Notes: generated by a model from the sequence alone, not told the origin. Counted from the stretch's first letter, positions 53,145-63,832 are shown. The stretch: DNA of 64,000 bases from Flavobacteriales bacterium (GCA_016713875.1 JADJOI010000002.1:17092-81091), one strand, 5' to 3'. Numbers and translations: made by a program.

Positions 53145-54731
53145 ATGAACGGAGGCCCGACGATCGCCGCGTGCTGCGCGCGGTCCCTCATGGGGGTATG
53201 CATCGGCATCGCCGCCGCCGCCCAGCCGCAGTTCACCTCGTATGTGCACTACGGCTATTCCGGTGGACAGGTCAACGCGGTGATCGAGGCCACCAACGGG
53301 GACCTGGTCATCGCCGGCAACGGCACGGAGGTGGGCAACTCCGATCAGGTCGCCGTGCGGTTCACGGCCGGCGGGGCGCTCGCCTGGGGCCTGACCTATT
53401 ACGGGGGCACCGGATGGTCCGAGGTCATCACCGATGGAGTGGCCGATGCGGACGGAGGCGTGATCCTGGTCGGCCACGTCCTGGAGACGGCGACGCAGCG
53501 GATGCACCTGTCGCTCTTCAAACTGGATGCCGCCGGTGACGTGGTGTGGAGCCATCGCTACCGCGCCTACGATCCCGATGAGGCGGTGATCGCACGCAGC
53601 CTGCGCCGCGACGCGAGCGGTGCGCTGCATGTCCTGGGCTCCTGCGGCAGCGATCCGGACACGCGCGATCTCTTCCTCATGAAGGTCGACCCGGTGGGCA
53701 ACCTCCTTTGGGCCCGGGCCTTCGGTTACTCCGGTCAGGACGAGGCCAGGGACCTGGTGCTCATCCCCGGTGCCGGTTACGCCGTCGCGGCGGCGACCAA
53801 GTATGAGCTATCGCGCATCGCGCTCCTGGACACGATGTGCGCCGTGCTGCAGGACCGTGTGTGGGTCCTGCCGGATACCACGCTCACCGTGCACAGCCTG
53901 CAGCGCGGCCCGGACGGTCGCCTGTCGTGGTCCGGCGTGTACATGGACTCCACGTTTTACAGGGGGGCGTTCCACATGGAGATGGACAGCCTGGGCGGTG
54001 CGATGGCGGCACAGGCCTACCGGGACGATGCGGGCAGCGAGCTCTGGATCCGCGACCATGTGCTGCTTTCCGACGGCGACCGCTTCCTGGTGGGGGAGGA
54101 GGAGAGCGCATCGGGGTTCGATGAGTCGACCCCGTTGATCCGGATCGATCCGACGGGGGCCGTGGTCTCCAGCATCTACACCGGCGGGCACCAGGAACTG
54201 AGCCGATGCGTCATCACCGTCTCAGACGGAGGGATCGCCTGCGGGGAGACACGACGGACCGATGACAATGTGCATCAGGCGTTCCAGGTGAAGAAGCTGG
54301 ATGCGGACGGCCTTCCCGCTTGCGAGGTGCAGTCGCTCGCGCTCACCCGCACCGCTCACCTGCCCGATACGCTGTCGTTCCCCTTGGAGGCGCTCGGGGC
54401 CAAGCCGATGCTGCGGGTCGATCGCCCGCTCACCACCTGGCCCTTGAACATCTTCATGGACGGCTGTTCCACGATCGGCATCGCAGGGCCGGAGAACGTC
54501 GCCGAGCCGGGCATCCATCCCGCTCCGGCGACCGACCGCCTCACGATAACCGGCATCCACGGCAACGTCCTCGTCCGGATGTACGACATGAACGGCAGGC
54601 TGGTGCTCGATCAGCGGCAGCTCGGATCCACCACCGTGGACGTGAGCGCGCTTCCCGGCGGCTGTTATGCCGTGCACATCAGCGCGGACCAGGTCGTGTG
54701 GCGCACGTCGGTGGTCATCGCGCGCGACTGA
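53145..54731 (+). CDS. secreted beta-propeller-like protein with T9SS C-terminal sorting domain
   Basis: Signal peptide from ATG 53145 (MNGGPTIAACCARSLMGVCIGIAAAAQ). The C-terminus is IHPAPATDRLTI...MYDMNGRLV...LPGGCYAVHI. Confidence 0.7.
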   Translation: MNGGPTIAACCARSLMGVCIGIAAAAQPQFTSYVHYGYSGGQVNAVIEATNGDLVIAGNGTEVGNSDQVAVRFTAGGALAWGLTYYGGTGWSEVITDGVADADGGVILVGHVLETATQRMHLSLFKLDAAGDVVWSHRYRAYDPDEAVIARSLRRDASGALHVLGSCGSDPDTRDLFLMKVDPVGNLLWARAFGYSGQDEARDLVLIPGAGYAVAAATKYELSRIALLDTMCAVLQDRVWVLPDTTLTVHSLQRGPDGRLSWSGVYMDSTFYRGAFHMEMDSLGGAMAAQAYRDDAGSELWIRDHVLLSDGDRFLVGEEESASGFDESTPLIRIDPTGAVVSSIYTGGHQELSRCVITVSDGGIACGETRRTDDNVHQAFQVKKLDADGLPACEVQSLALTRTAHLPDTLSFPLEALGAKPMLRVDRPLTTWPLNIFMDGCSTIGIAGPENVAEPGIHPAPATDRLTITGIHGNVLVRMYDMNGRLVLDQRQLGSTTVDVSALPGGCYAVHISADQVVWRTSVVIARD

Positions 54732-54740
54732 CCGCACCGG

Positions 54741-55502
54741 CTACTGCTTGTTGAAGCGCACCGACCGGCCCGTGCCGGTGATCGCGTAGGTGCCGGCGGC
54801 CAGTCCCGACACATCGAGCGTGCGGAGCGGGGCCCCGTTGACGTCGGAAAGGAGGGCGATGGCGCGTCCATCCGGGCCGATCAGGGTCAGTGGTCCGGGC
54901 TCCTGCTCCGGCCATTCGATCATGATCCGGTCGGTGCAAGGGTTCGGGAACACGGACAGGCCCGTGCGTCCGCCGGTCATGGTTCCGATGGCATTGGTAC
55001 CGCTCACCACCACCGTGAAGTCGTTGAAGTTGCCGTATTGGAAGTTGCCGCACGGGCCATACCCGTTCGTGTTGGTGTCCAGGAAGCCGTCCGATCCCCA
55101 CGGTGCGATCACGCGCATGCGGTAGCTGCCGGGCGGCGTGTTGGCCGGCAGGCTGATGGAGAAGCTGTACGTGTAGCTGGGCGAACCGCCCACGTAGCTG
55201 TAGTAGAGGTTCTCGGTGTCCTCGAAGGCGCCGTTGTTGTCCAGGTCCACCCACACGGCGCAGCCGGTCCAGTTGCCGCTGGTCACGGTCATCGGTTCGG
55301 CCACACCGGGCGTAAGGGTCGTGCTGAGGGTCGTGAAGTCGCTGGTGTTGCAATCACTGCCGGCCGTCCAGTTGATGGTGCCGAGGCTGAGGCTCTGGTT
55401 CTGCCAGCTGAAGCAGCCGTTCACGAAGCTGGGGGAGCAGTATTGCGCGCCGGCGGTCAACGCACCGAGCAGGAGGGTGAGGGTGGCGTAGCAGTGGTGC
55501 AT
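54741..55502 (-). CDS. small secreted protein (GEVED-like domain) with T9SS C-terminal sorting domain
   Basis: MHHCYATLTLLLGALTAGAQYCSPSF... from ATG 55502. The C-terminus is VFPNPCTDRIMI...LAAGTYAITG. The rest of the 579-aa track ORF is non-coding overlap. Confidence 0.7.
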   Translation of the reverse strand: MHHCYATLTLLLGALTAGAQYCSPSFVNGCFSWQNQSLSLGTINWTAGSDCNTSDFTTLSTTLTPGVAEPMTVTSGNWTGCAVWVDLDNNGAFEDTENLYYSYVGGSPSYTYSFSISLPANTPPGSYRMRVIAPWGSDGFLDTNTNGYGPCGNFQYGNFNDFTVVVSGTNAIGTMTGGRTGLSVFPNPCTDRIMIEWPEQEPGPLTLIGPDGRAIALLSDVNGAPLRTLDVSGLAAGTYAITGTGRSVRFNKQ

Positions 55503-55633
55503 ACGGATGGGGTTGTGGGGTGAAAGTACCACGGATCCGGTCACGCGCCAGGGCCATGGGGCGGTGCGTGACGAACGGACCCGGGAGGGATCGCTCCGCT
55601 CCCGGGTCCGTGGCGCCGGTCGGCGGACAGGGC

Positions 55634-57967
55634 TCACTCCACGGCGAAGCGCACGGTGCGCACCCGTCCCTCGACCGAATAGAGCTGGAGCACGTGCAGG
55701 CCGGGGGCCAGACCGTGCAGGGGCACCGACAGGCGGCCGCGCGTGAGCGCCAGGCCTTGGTGGCGGAGCAGGCGGCCGTCGGCGGCGGCGATGGACCAGC
55801 CCGTCACCTCCAGGTCCGCGGGCAGCAGCACCTCGATGCGGTCGCGCGCGGGATTGGGGAAGACGCTGATGGGCTGTGCAGGCGCGAGTGCGGCCACCGC
55901 CGTGGGCGCCGTCACCACCACGGTGGCATCGGGCGTGCGGATGGGCGGGTTGAGGTCGAAGAAGATGTCGGCCACATTGGTGATGGTGGTGCCGACCACG
56001 GGCACCTGGTCCGGCGCGATGCGGAAGGCAAAGAGCCCCTGGCTGGCGGCCATGTTGGTGCCGCTGTCGGGCAGCAGGATGTTGCTGAAGGTGACGCGCA
56101 GCACGCCCTGTGCGCTGAGCTGGTAGGTGTAGGGATGCGAGGCGCCGAGCACCGTGAAGCTGGCCACGGAGAACAGGTCGGGCAGCGTGTCGGTGAGCAC
56201 GACGGTGAAGGCCGTGTCGTTGCCGGTGTTCTGGAAGCGGATGGTGTAGTCCAGCCAGCTGTCCTCGGCGGGATAGTACTCGGTGTCGCTGAGCCCGCTG
56301 CTGGTGCGCACGAGCTTGTCGTTGGGGTCGTAGCTGCCGGTGATGGTGCGGATCACAGTGGAGCTGTTGTTGCTCAGGTCCACTTCGGCGCTGTCGTGCA
56401 CCACGGTGACCACCGCGCCGAGCTGGGTGCCGATCAGCAGGGGATCCGGCGGCAGGGTGGCCCCGACCTGGAAGGACCAATACGACATCGCCTGAAGGCC
56501 GTCGGGCAGGGTCCAGCTGAGCGTGTTCCCGATGATGCTCGTGGGCGCGGGCTGGATGGAGGTGACCGAAAGCAGGCTGGGAAGCTCGCAGGTGACGGTG
56601 ATGCCTGCGCTGGCCGAACCGGAGAGGTTGATGGCTGAGCCCAGGAGCGTGGTCGCGAACCCCGGGCGTACCGCGCCCAGCTCAGCGAAGGCCACCAGAT
56701 CGAGCGTGTCGTTCAATCCGCTCAGGGAAAGTGTCCAGGTCTTGATCGAAGACGTATCCGTGTCGATCGTGATCGTGTTCGTCGCGGCCGGGAGCGTGTT
56801 CACCACGATGCTTCCGAACGGGCTTAGGCCGCAACCGGCGGTGAGGTCGGCGAATGAGCTGGAGACATGCGCCACCGATCGCGGTTGTCCCGCCGGTTGA
56901 CGGACCGCGATGAGGCTGTCGCCTTCGGCGGCCAGGGCGTTCCAGGGGCTGTTGTTGTTCGTCCACCAACTGTTCATGCTGTACCCGTCGGCTGTGAATT
57001 GGAGCAGATACCAGCCATGCCTGCCGAGCAGGGTGCCGTCAGGTAGTTCCACCGCCGCTTCCGGCGACTCCCCGAATTCTCGTCGCCAGAGCAGCTGTCC
57101 GCTGGCGTCGATCCGCATCAACTCTCCGGTGGCGCTTCTGCCCGAGAGCAAGTGATCACCGTTGGCCAACGGGAGCGCATCATGCATGTAGCCGCCCCAG
57201 GGGGACGGCTCCGCGACATGTCGTGCGTACTGCACCGTTCCGTTCGCATCCACATGGAAGTAACCGAAACGTCCGATCGAGAATACCGAACTGTCCCCGA
57301 AGTAGCCATGGAACCAGCTGCCGTCCGGGTGTAGCGCGGACTCCCCGTGTTGATGGATCAGGCCGTGATCGATGTACATGCGGCAGGAAAGCGGTATGCC
57401 GTTCGGATCCAGCGTCACATGATGCACTTGATGCTCGTTCATGAACTGGCACGCATATCCCCCGGTCTGCAGGGCGACGATGTCCACCAGACGATGACCG
57501 TATTGGTCGTTGCCCCACCCCACCCCCGGACTGTTGGTGGTGTCCAGCAGCATGTAGATGCGCGCCCATTGCACCAGTCCGTTCACGTCGAGCTTCACCA
57601 TGTACTGGTTGTGGTACCTGACCATGGGTAAGCCGTGATCGAGGTCGCCGGCCACCATCAGGCCCCCGTCCGGAGTGGCCACCACCTGTGCGCTCGCCAT
57701 GCGGATGTCCGGGTTGGTGGGAAGCAGGTGCTTGAACCAGATCATCGCCCCGCCGGGGTCGCTGCGGCTCACGTTGACCCCGCGGGAAGAGCGGTTGCCG
57801 TTCGGGTGGATCGGTACACCGACCGCCACCAGCCCGTTGGTCAGGAAGGCCACATCGCCGGTGCCGGTGTTCCGCTGGACGGGGTCGAATCCGAGGTCCG
57901 TCTGCACGCATTGGGCGCTGGTGGTGGCCGCGAACAGGAGCGGGGCGAGGAGGACGGAGAGGCGCAT
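55634..57967 (-). CDS. large surface protein with T9SS C-terminal sorting domain
   Basis: Signal peptide MRLSVLLAPLLFAATTSAQ, a GSYDPNDK motif region and the C-terminus VFPNPARDRIEV...LAPGLHVLQL. Confidence 0.75.
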   Translation of the reverse strand: MRLSVLLAPLLFAATTSAQCVQTDLGFDPVQRNTGTGDVAFLTNGLVAVGVPIHPNGNRSSRGVNVSRSDPGGAMIWFKHLLPTNPDIRMASAQVVATPDGGLMVAGDLDHGLPMVRYHNQYMVKLDVNGLVQWARIYMLLDTTNSPGVGWGNDQYGHRLVDIVALQTGGYACQFMNEHQVHHVTLDPNGIPLSCRMYIDHGLIHQHGESALHPDGSWFHGYFGDSSVFSIGRFGYFHVDANGTVQYARHVAEPSPWGGYMHDALPLANGDHLLSGRSATGELMRIDASGQLLWRREFGESPEAAVELPDGTLLGRHGWYLLQFTADGYSMNSWWTNNNSPWNALAAEGDSLIAVRQPAGQPRSVAHVSSSFADLTAGCGLSPFGSIVVNTLPAATNTITIDTDTSSIKTWTLSLSGLNDTLDLVAFAELGAVRPGFATTLLGSAINLSGSASAGITVTCELPSLLSVTSIQPAPTSIIGNTLSWTLPDGLQAMSYWSFQVGATLPPDPLLIGTQLGAVVTVVHDSAEVDLSNNSSTVIRTITGSYDPNDKLVRTSSGLSDTEYYPAEDSWLDYTIRFQNTGNDTAFTVVLTDTLPDLFSVASFTVLGASHPYTYQLSAQGVLRVTFSNILLPDSGTNMAASQGLFAFRIAPDQVPVVGTTITNVADIFFDLNPPIRTPDATVVVTAPTAVAALAPAQPISVFPNPARDRIEVLLPADLEVTGWSIAAADGRLLRHQGLALTRGRLSVPLHGLAPGLHVLQLYSVEGRVRTVRFAVE

Positions 57968-58075
57968 GGGGTTCCGTTTGAGGTTCGAATCTAGCCGGCC
58001 TGCCCGATCGCTCCGCCCGGCGCGAAGCCTGCATTATCAACAGATCCCGAACACAGCGCGGGAACTGTTGCGATC

Positions 58076-58702
58076 TTGCGGCCCATGCGGTCCATCTTGT
58101 TCCTGCTCGTGGCGGTCGGCGTTCAACCACTGGACGCGCAGACCTTCACCGCGTTGCCTTCGGGCCGGGTGCGTGTGGGCGAGCTGCTGCTCAACCGCGA
58201 CAGCTGCACGATCGACGTTGAGGCCTTCGCCATCAGCGCACCGGTGGCGGTGGAGGAGTACCGGGCCTTCGTGGCGCACTTCGCCAAGAGCGCTGGTGCG
58301 CGGCAGAGCGATGCGGGCGGCGCGGCGGTGAACCTCACCTGGGTGGAAGCGGCGGCCTATTGCCGGTGGCTCGGTCAGCGCGATGCATCCAAGGGCTTCT
58401 CCTACCGACTGCCCTGGCTGGGCGAATGGCTCCTCGCCCGGCAGCAGGGCATCATCGCTCCGGAGGGACCGGGATGCTGGCTGCTCAACGCGAAGGACGA
58501 CAGCGGCCTCACCTGCCAGCGTTTCGGATACGCCTACCAGTGCACCGAGGGCGATCCCTTCTCCCGGCGGCGCAAGATGGTGGCCTTCGGCGATGCGGTG
58601 CAGCATCCCGCCTTCGGGGTGCAGGAGGACCGCTGGGACTTCATCGCCTACCCCGATGTGGGCTTCCGCGTGGTGCGTGAGGTGGTGCGGACAGGACCTT
58701 GA
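58076..58702 (+). CDS. formylglycine-generating-enzyme (SUMF1/EgtB/PvdO) family protein
   Basis: Signal peptide, then VNLTWVEAAAYCRWLG...YRLPWLGEWLLA and C-terminal VGFRVVRE. Confidence 0.7.
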   Translation: MRPMRSILFLLVAVGVQPLDAQTFTALPSGRVRVGELLLNRDSCTIDVEAFAISAPVAVEEYRAFVAHFAKSAGARQSDAGGAAVNLTWVEAAAYCRWLGQRDASKGFSYRLPWLGEWLLARQQGIIAPEGPGCWLLNAKDDSGLTCQRFGYAYQCTEGDPFSRRRKMVAFGDAVQHPAFGVQEDRWDFIAYPDVGFRVVREVVRTGP

Positions 58703-58723
58703 GCGGGCTGCTTACTTTGCCGC

Positions 58724-59269
58724 ATGGTGCATGTCGCGGTCTTCTGCGGAGCCTCCTCCGGGCGTGATCCGCGCTACGCGGCCGTGGCCGCGCAGGTGGG
58801 CACCAGCCTCGCCCGTCGCGGCCTTGGCGTGGTGTACGGCGGCGGCCACGTGGGCCTGATGGGCGCCGTGGCCGATGCGGCGATGGCGGCGGGCGGCCGC
58901 GTGGTGGGCGTCATCCCGGGCTTCATGACCGAACGCGAGCTGGCGCACGACCGTGTCAGCGAGCTCATCACGGTGAAGGACATGCACGAGCGCAAGCTGG
59001 TGATGCACGAGCGCAGCCAGGCCGTGATGGCGCTGCCCGGCGGCTTCGGCACGCTGGACGAGCTCTTCGAGCTGCTCACCTGGCGCCAGCTGGGCCTGCA
59101 CGCCAAGCCCATGGGCCTGTTGAACGTCAACGGTTTCTACACGCCGCTGCTGGAGCAGATGGCGCGGATGGAGCGGGACGGCTTCCTGCATGGCAGCACA
59201 CGGGTGCTGTCGCACGAGGCCGTGGAGCCGTTGATCGACCTGCTGCTGGCCCACATCATCCGGCCATGA
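58724..59269 (+). CDS. LOG-family (TIGR00730) nucleotide phosphoribohydrolase
   Basis: VVYGGGHVGLMG and PGGFGTLDELFE motifs. Confidence 0.9.
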   Translation: MVHVAVFCGASSGRDPRYAAVAAQVGTSLARRGLGVVYGGGHVGLMGAVADAAMAAGGRVVGVIPGFMTERELAHDRVSELITVKDMHERKLVMHERSQAVMALPGGFGTLDELFELLTWRQLGLHAKPMGLLNVNGFYTPLLEQMARMERDGFLHGSTRVLSHEAVEPLIDLLLAHIIRP

Positions 59270-59961
59270 GCGGCGGCCAACGACGCACGGCCGTGCATCC
59301 CTGGCTGAAGTCGCTCGGCGACCTGTTCGAGGCGCACCGCTGCCCCGCCAACGCCGCGGCCATGGAGGCGTACATGAAGCACGTCGCGCCCTTTTTCGGC
59401 ATCAAGGCCCCGGACCGCCGCGCGCTGCTGAAGGTCCACACGGCTGAGCACGGAACACCTGCGGCCGCGGAGCTGCCGGCCATCGTGCGTTCGGCCTTCG
59501 CACAGCGCGAGCGGGAGTGGCATCACACTGCGGTGGACCTGCTGATGAAGCAGGCCAAGTGGTTGACGCCCGAAGACCTTCCGCTGGTGGAGGAGCTGAT
59601 CACCACGATGAGCTGGTGGGACACGGTGGATGCGCTCGCCGTGCATGTGGTGGGCGTGATCCTGAAGCGTCATCCGAAGGTGATCGGTACATGGAACAGG
59701 CGCTGGATCGGCAGCAAGGACCTCTGGCTCAACCGCACGGCGATCCTGTTCCAGAACCGGTGGAAGGACGACACCGACCGTACGCTGCTCTTCGCGAACA
59801 TCACACGGCACGCGGCGCATCCGGACTTCTTCATCCGCAAGGCGATCGGCTGGTCGCTGCGCGAACTGGCGGCCACCGATCCCGCGGCGGTGAAGGCTTT
59901 CGTGGCGCGACAGCCGATGTCGCCGCTCAGCCGACGTGAAGCGCTGAGGAAGGTCGGTTGA
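59266..59961 (+). CDS. DNA alkylation repair (AlkD-like HEAT repeat) protein
   Basis: FFGIKAPDRRAL, WWDTVD and FIRKAIGWSLRE motifs. ATGA overlap with the upstream gene. Confidence 0.8.
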   Translation: MSGGQRRTAVHPWLKSLGDLFEAHRCPANAAAMEAYMKHVAPFFGIKAPDRRALLKVHTAEHGTPAAAELPAIVRSAFAQREREWHHTAVDLLMKQAKWLTPEDLPLVEELITTMSWWDTVDALAVHVVGVILKRHPKVIGTWNRRWIGSKDLWLNRTAILFQNRWKDDTDRTLLFANITRHAAHPDFFIRKAIGWSLRELAATDPAAVKAFVARQPMSPLSRREALRKVG

Positions 59962-60059
59962 TCGGTGGGAGGCCGCGCCCGCTCGATCGGGCGGTGCGAC
60001 CGCGGATGCGACCGTAGGTCGTTCCGTCAGGATCCTAGCTTTGTCCGGAATCCACCCAC

Positions 60060-61676
60060 ATGCGCACTTCCCTGCTCTTCGCCGGCCTGGGGCTGGTGGT
60101 CGACCTCGGAGCCCAGGTCACCTACACCCAGACCCTGCCGCTCATGCAGTCGGTCTATTCCTGGACGACGTTCGACTTCACGGCCACACCGCCGACCACC
60201 GGTCCGGGGACGCTGAGCTGCCAATGGCTTGCCTGCTGGATGTCCGGCTTTGGCGGCAACGAGATCTGGATCGAGTTCGAAACGGCCGGCGGCTGGCAAC
60301 AGGTGCTCTATCAGGGGGGCAACGTTTCGGAATGCACCTACCTGCCCGCATCCAGCGTGGTCAGTGCGGCGGTGCTGGGTGAGGCGATCGCGTTCGGCGG
60401 AGGGCAGATCCACGGACGCTTGCGGGCCACGGATAACTGTGTGGCCGGTTGGGGCTGTTCGTTCAGCAGCGACCCCAACGTCAACGCCCTGACGCTGGAG
60501 TACACCGCGCACGAGGCCGACTTCAGCGTCGTCGATCCGGGGATCTGTCCGGGTTCCACGGTGCAGTTCACCGACGAGAGCATCAATACCCCGACGAGCT
60601 ATGCGTGGAGCTTCCCGGGCGGCTCCCCGGCGACGAGCACGCTGCAGAACCCGGTGGTGCAGTACGCTGCACCGGGCACCTTCGACGTCACGTTGATCGT
60701 GAGCACGGTCAACGGACCGGACACCCTGGTCCGTCCGGGATACATCACCGTCCATCCGCCGCCACTGGCCAATGCGGGCGTGGACGAGGCCGTGTGCGCA
60801 GGCGCAAGCGCGCAATTGCAGGCGAGCGGTGGACTCACCTATCAGTGGTTCCCACCCACTGGTCTGGACGATGACCAGGTCGCCGATCCCGTGGCGACCC
60901 CCGCCGTGACGACCTCCTACACCGTGCTGGTGACCGATGCGAACGGCTGCCAGGCGAGCGATTTCATGATCCTCAGCGTGCAGCCCCTGCCGCTGGTGGT
61001 GGCTTCCGCCGGGAACAACAGCATCTGCCTGGGGGATACCGCCTTCATCGTGGCCACCGGTGCACAGCTTTATCAGTGGTCCCCCAACCTCTTCATCAGC
61101 GGCACGAGCGGAGCCTCCGTGCTCGCCTGGCCCACCAGCACCTTCACCTGGGCGGTGACCGGCACGGATGTGTTCGGGTGCACCGGGGAAACGACCGTGA
61201 CCCTTCAGGTGAACCCGGCACCCGCGGCACCGGTCGTGACCTTGAACGGACCGGAGGTCGCCACCACCGCGGTCGCGGTGGGCTATCAATGGTACCTCAA
61301 TGGCCAGCCGATACCCGGGGCGGACGCACAGAGCTGGATGCCCGCCGTCAACGGCAACTACAGTGTGGTCATCACCGATGCCAACGGGTGCTCATCGCAG
61401 AGCCTGCCGGTGTACTTCGGCACGGTCGGCGTGGAGCCGGCCATGGAGCAGGAACTGCGGCTCTGGCCTCAGCCGGCGGCCGATCGGCTCACGGTCTCGG
61501 GTGTGTCCGGAACGTGGCCTGCACGCCTGCTCGACGCCACCGGACGCGTGCGGTGGGAGGGTGTCCTGGAGGTGCCGCGCACCGCGATCGACATCCACGG
61601 ATGGGCCCCGGGCCTGTACCTGCTGGACGTTGATCGTGCCGGCGGCCGACAGACCCTTCTGGTGCTGGTGCGCTGA
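60060..61676 (+). CDS. PKD-domain protein with T9SS C-terminal sorting domain
   Basis: Signal peptide, a PKD module (VQFTDESINTPTSYAWSFPGG...GTFDVTLIVS), Ig-like repeats with TDANGC motifs and the C-terminus LWPQPAADRLTV...APGLYLLDV. Confidence 0.8.
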   Translation: MRTSLLFAGLGLVVDLGAQVTYTQTLPLMQSVYSWTTFDFTATPPTTGPGTLSCQWLACWMSGFGGNEIWIEFETAGGWQQVLYQGGNVSECTYLPASSVVSAAVLGEAIAFGGGQIHGRLRATDNCVAGWGCSFSSDPNVNALTLEYTAHEADFSVVDPGICPGSTVQFTDESINTPTSYAWSFPGGSPATSTLQNPVVQYAAPGTFDVTLIVSTVNGPDTLVRPGYITVHPPPLANAGVDEAVCAGASAQLQASGGLTYQWFPPTGLDDDQVADPVATPAVTTSYTVLVTDANGCQASDFMILSVQPLPLVVASAGNNSICLGDTAFIVATGAQLYQWSPNLFISGTSGASVLAWPTSTFTWAVTGTDVFGCTGETTVTLQVNPAPAAPVVTLNGPEVATTAVAVGYQWYLNGQPIPGADAQSWMPAVNGNYSVVITDANGCSSQSLPVYFGTVGVEPAMEQELRLWPQPAADRLTVSGVSGTWPARLLDATGRVRWEGVLEVPRTAIDIHGWAPGLYLLDVDRAGGRQTLLVLVR

Positions 61677-61709
61677 CGGCGTGACGCCCTGCGGAAGCTC
61701 GCGTGATCT

Positions 61710-63449
61710 TCACCACTTCCGCGAACCGCCCTTCGCCGCGTAGGGCTTGGAGCCCCGGTGGGGCTTCTTCGGAGCGTAGCCCTGGCGCGGTGCTTCGGTG
61801 CGGCGGGGTTTGTCGCCACCGCCCTGGGCGCCCTGCGCTTCGTCCACACGCACCTTGCGGCCCCGGTGGTCGGCGCCCTTGAACGCGTTGAAGACCTGAT
61901 CGAACCAGGCGGGCTCGATGTCGATGAAGGAGTACACGTCCTTGATGAGCATGCGGCCGATGTGCTCGCCACCGATGCCGCTCACCCCGCAGATGTAGCC
62001 GAGCATCCGGCCCTTGTCGAAGCCGTCCGCGCTGCCCAGGTTGATGAAGAGCTGCCGGCCGGTGGCGAAGCGTTCGCGTGAGCTCTGCCGCTCGGTGCGC
62101 GCGCTGTGGTCCTTGCGGCTCATGTCGATGTTGAGGTCGTACGCCTCGCGGAACTGGTCCAGGATGCGGGCGAACGTGACGCTCATGAACCGCTGCAGGA
62201 GCGCGTCGCGGTCCAGGTCCTTCAGTTCCTCTTGCGCCACGGCCATCAGGTCGGCCAGGGCCTCGTGCTCCACATCGGCCTCTTTCAGGCGGCGCAGGAA
62301 GGAACGCAACTGGGCCCGTCCGATGTCGGCCCCACCGGGCACCCGCACATAGGTGAAGTGCGTGTTCAGCATGCGCTCGAGCTGACGCACCTTGGGCACA
62401 TCGCGCACGCCCAGGATGCTCAGCGAGATTCCGGTGCGACCGGCGCGGGCGGTGCGACCGCTGCGGTGAGTGTAGCTCTCGGCCTCGCCGGGCAGGTCGT
62501 AGTGGATCACGTGCGTCACATCGTTCACGTCGATGCCGCGCGCGGCGACATCGGTGGCGATGAGGAGCTGCAGCGAGCGTGCACGGTAGCGGCCCATCAC
62601 GTGGTCGCGCTGGGCCTGGCTGAGGTCGCCGTGGATGGCATCGGCCACGTAGCCCTCCTTCACCAGCTGGGTGGCCAGCTCCTGGGTCTCATGCTTGGTG
62701 CGGCAGAACACGATGGCGAAGAGGTCGGGGTCGGCATCCACGAAGCGCTTGAGGGCGGCGAAACGGTCGCGGGCGTGCACCACGCAGTATTGGTGCTGGA
62801 TGGCGGAGGCCGTCACGTTGCGTTCGCCCACCTGCACCTCCTCGCTGTTGCGCATGTACCGCTTGGCGATATGGCGCACCTCGCTGCCCATGGTGGCGCT
62901 GAAGAGCCAGGTGCGCTTCTCGGCCGGGGTGTTGCTCAGGATGTCGGTGAGGTCCTCCTGGAAACCCATGTTGAGCATCTCGTCGGCCTCATCGAGGACC
63001 ACGGTGGACACATGGGACAGGTCGACGGCCTCGCGGCCCAGCAGGTCGAGCAGGCGGCCCGGGGTGGCCACCACCACGTGGGCGCCGCGCTGGATGGCGC
63101 GCATCTGCTCGCGGATGTTGGCCCCGCCGTAGACGGCCACGGGGCGTACGCCGTTGAGCTCGGCGGCAAAGCGCTCCAGGTCGCCCGTGATCTGCACGCA
63201 GAGTTCGCGCGTGGGCGCCAGCACCAGGGCCTGCACGCGGCGGAGCGCGGGGTCGATGTTCTGCAGCAAGGGCAGGCCGAAGGCGGCCGTTTTACCGGTG
63301 CCCGTCTGGGCCAGCACCACCACATCGTGGTCGCTGTTCAGCAGCAGGGGGATGGCGCGTTCCTGGACGGGGGTGGGGGTGTGGAAGCCCAGCGTGCGCA
63401 ACGTGGACAGGAGCTCGGGCCGGAGGCCCAGCGCATCGAAGGAGGACAT
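61710..63449 (-). CDS. deaD: DEAD-box ATP-dependent RNA helicase (DeaD/CsdA-like with DbpA-type C-terminal domain)
   Basis: AQTGTGKT, DEAD, SAT and HRSGRTARAG motifs and a basic Gly/Arg-rich tail. The start is ATG 63449, with 63470 as an alternative. Confidence 0.9.
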   Translation of the reverse strand: MSSFDALGLRPELLSTLRTLGFHTPTPVQERAIPLLLNSDHDVVVLAQTGTGKTAAFGLPLLQNIDPALRRVQALVLAPTRELCVQITGDLERFAAELNGVRPVAVYGGANIREQMRAIQRGAHVVVATPGRLLDLLGREAVDLSHVSTVVLDEADEMLNMGFQEDLTDILSNTPAEKRTWLFSATMGSEVRHIAKRYMRNSEEVQVGERNVTASAIQHQYCVVHARDRFAALKRFVDADPDLFAIVFCRTKHETQELATQLVKEGYVADAIHGDLSQAQRDHVMGRYRARSLQLLIATDVAARGIDVNDVTHVIHYDLPGEAESYTHRSGRTARAGRTGISLSILGVRDVPKVRQLERMLNTHFTYVRVPGGADIGRAQLRSFLRRLKEADVEHEALADLMAVAQEELKDLDRDALLQRFMSVTFARILDQFREAYDLNIDMSRKDHSARTERQSSRERFATGRQLFINLGSADGFDKGRMLGYICGVSGIGGEHIGRMLIKDVYSFIDIEPAWFDQVFNAFKGADHRGRKVRVDEAQGAQGGGDKPRRTEAPRQGYAPKKPHRGSKPYAAKGGSRKW

Positions 63450-63559
63450 GGGGAGGTGGGGGTTCGCCATCGGCGACGGAACGCCGGAACGGGCGTGCGG
63501 ACCAACGGCGGCGCGAAGGTACGGCACCGCGCCCGGAGGCCAAGGCCGCCCGGCTATCT

Positions 63560-63820
63560 TTGGCCGCCATGACCGGCCTGATGCTGTTGAGCGCCACCGG
63601 CACCCTGCGGATCATCCTGATCCTGGTGGTGGTGTGGCTGGCGCTGCGCCTGGTGCTGCGCATGCAGCAGGCGCGCCAGGGCCGCCCGCCCGGCACCCAC
63701 TGGGCCGCCCGCGACGAACGCTCCCGCGGCGACGTGCGTGTGGAACGGGCCGATGATCGCCGAGGCGCACAACACAGCGGCGGCCGTATCGAGGACGCTG
63801 ACTACGAAGAGATCCGCTGA
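63560..63820 (+). CDS. DUF4834-family small membrane protein
   Basis: One N-terminal TM helix (LRIILILVVVWLALRLVL) and an acidic C-terminal ...EDADYEEIR. Confidence 0.6.
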   Translation: MAAMTGLMLLSATGTLRIILILVVVWLALRLVLRMQQARQGRPPGTHWAARDERSRGDVRVERADDRRGAQHSGGRIEDADYEEIR

Positions 63821-63832
63821 CCCCTTGAACCG

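Noticed and set aside
55503-56480. The upstream two thirds of the 579-aa track ORF 54741-56480.
   Set aside because: It is Arg/Pro/Gly-rich and overlaps the 3' end of the 55634-57967 gene in another frame. A clean signal peptide begins at ATG 55502.
57982-57991. GGTTCGAATC, a tRNA T-loop-like sequence in the spacer upstream of 58076.
   Set aside because: The flanking bases (GAGG / TAGCC) cannot form a T-stem, and no acceptor or anticodon arms can be drawn. It may be chance or a very degraded fragment.
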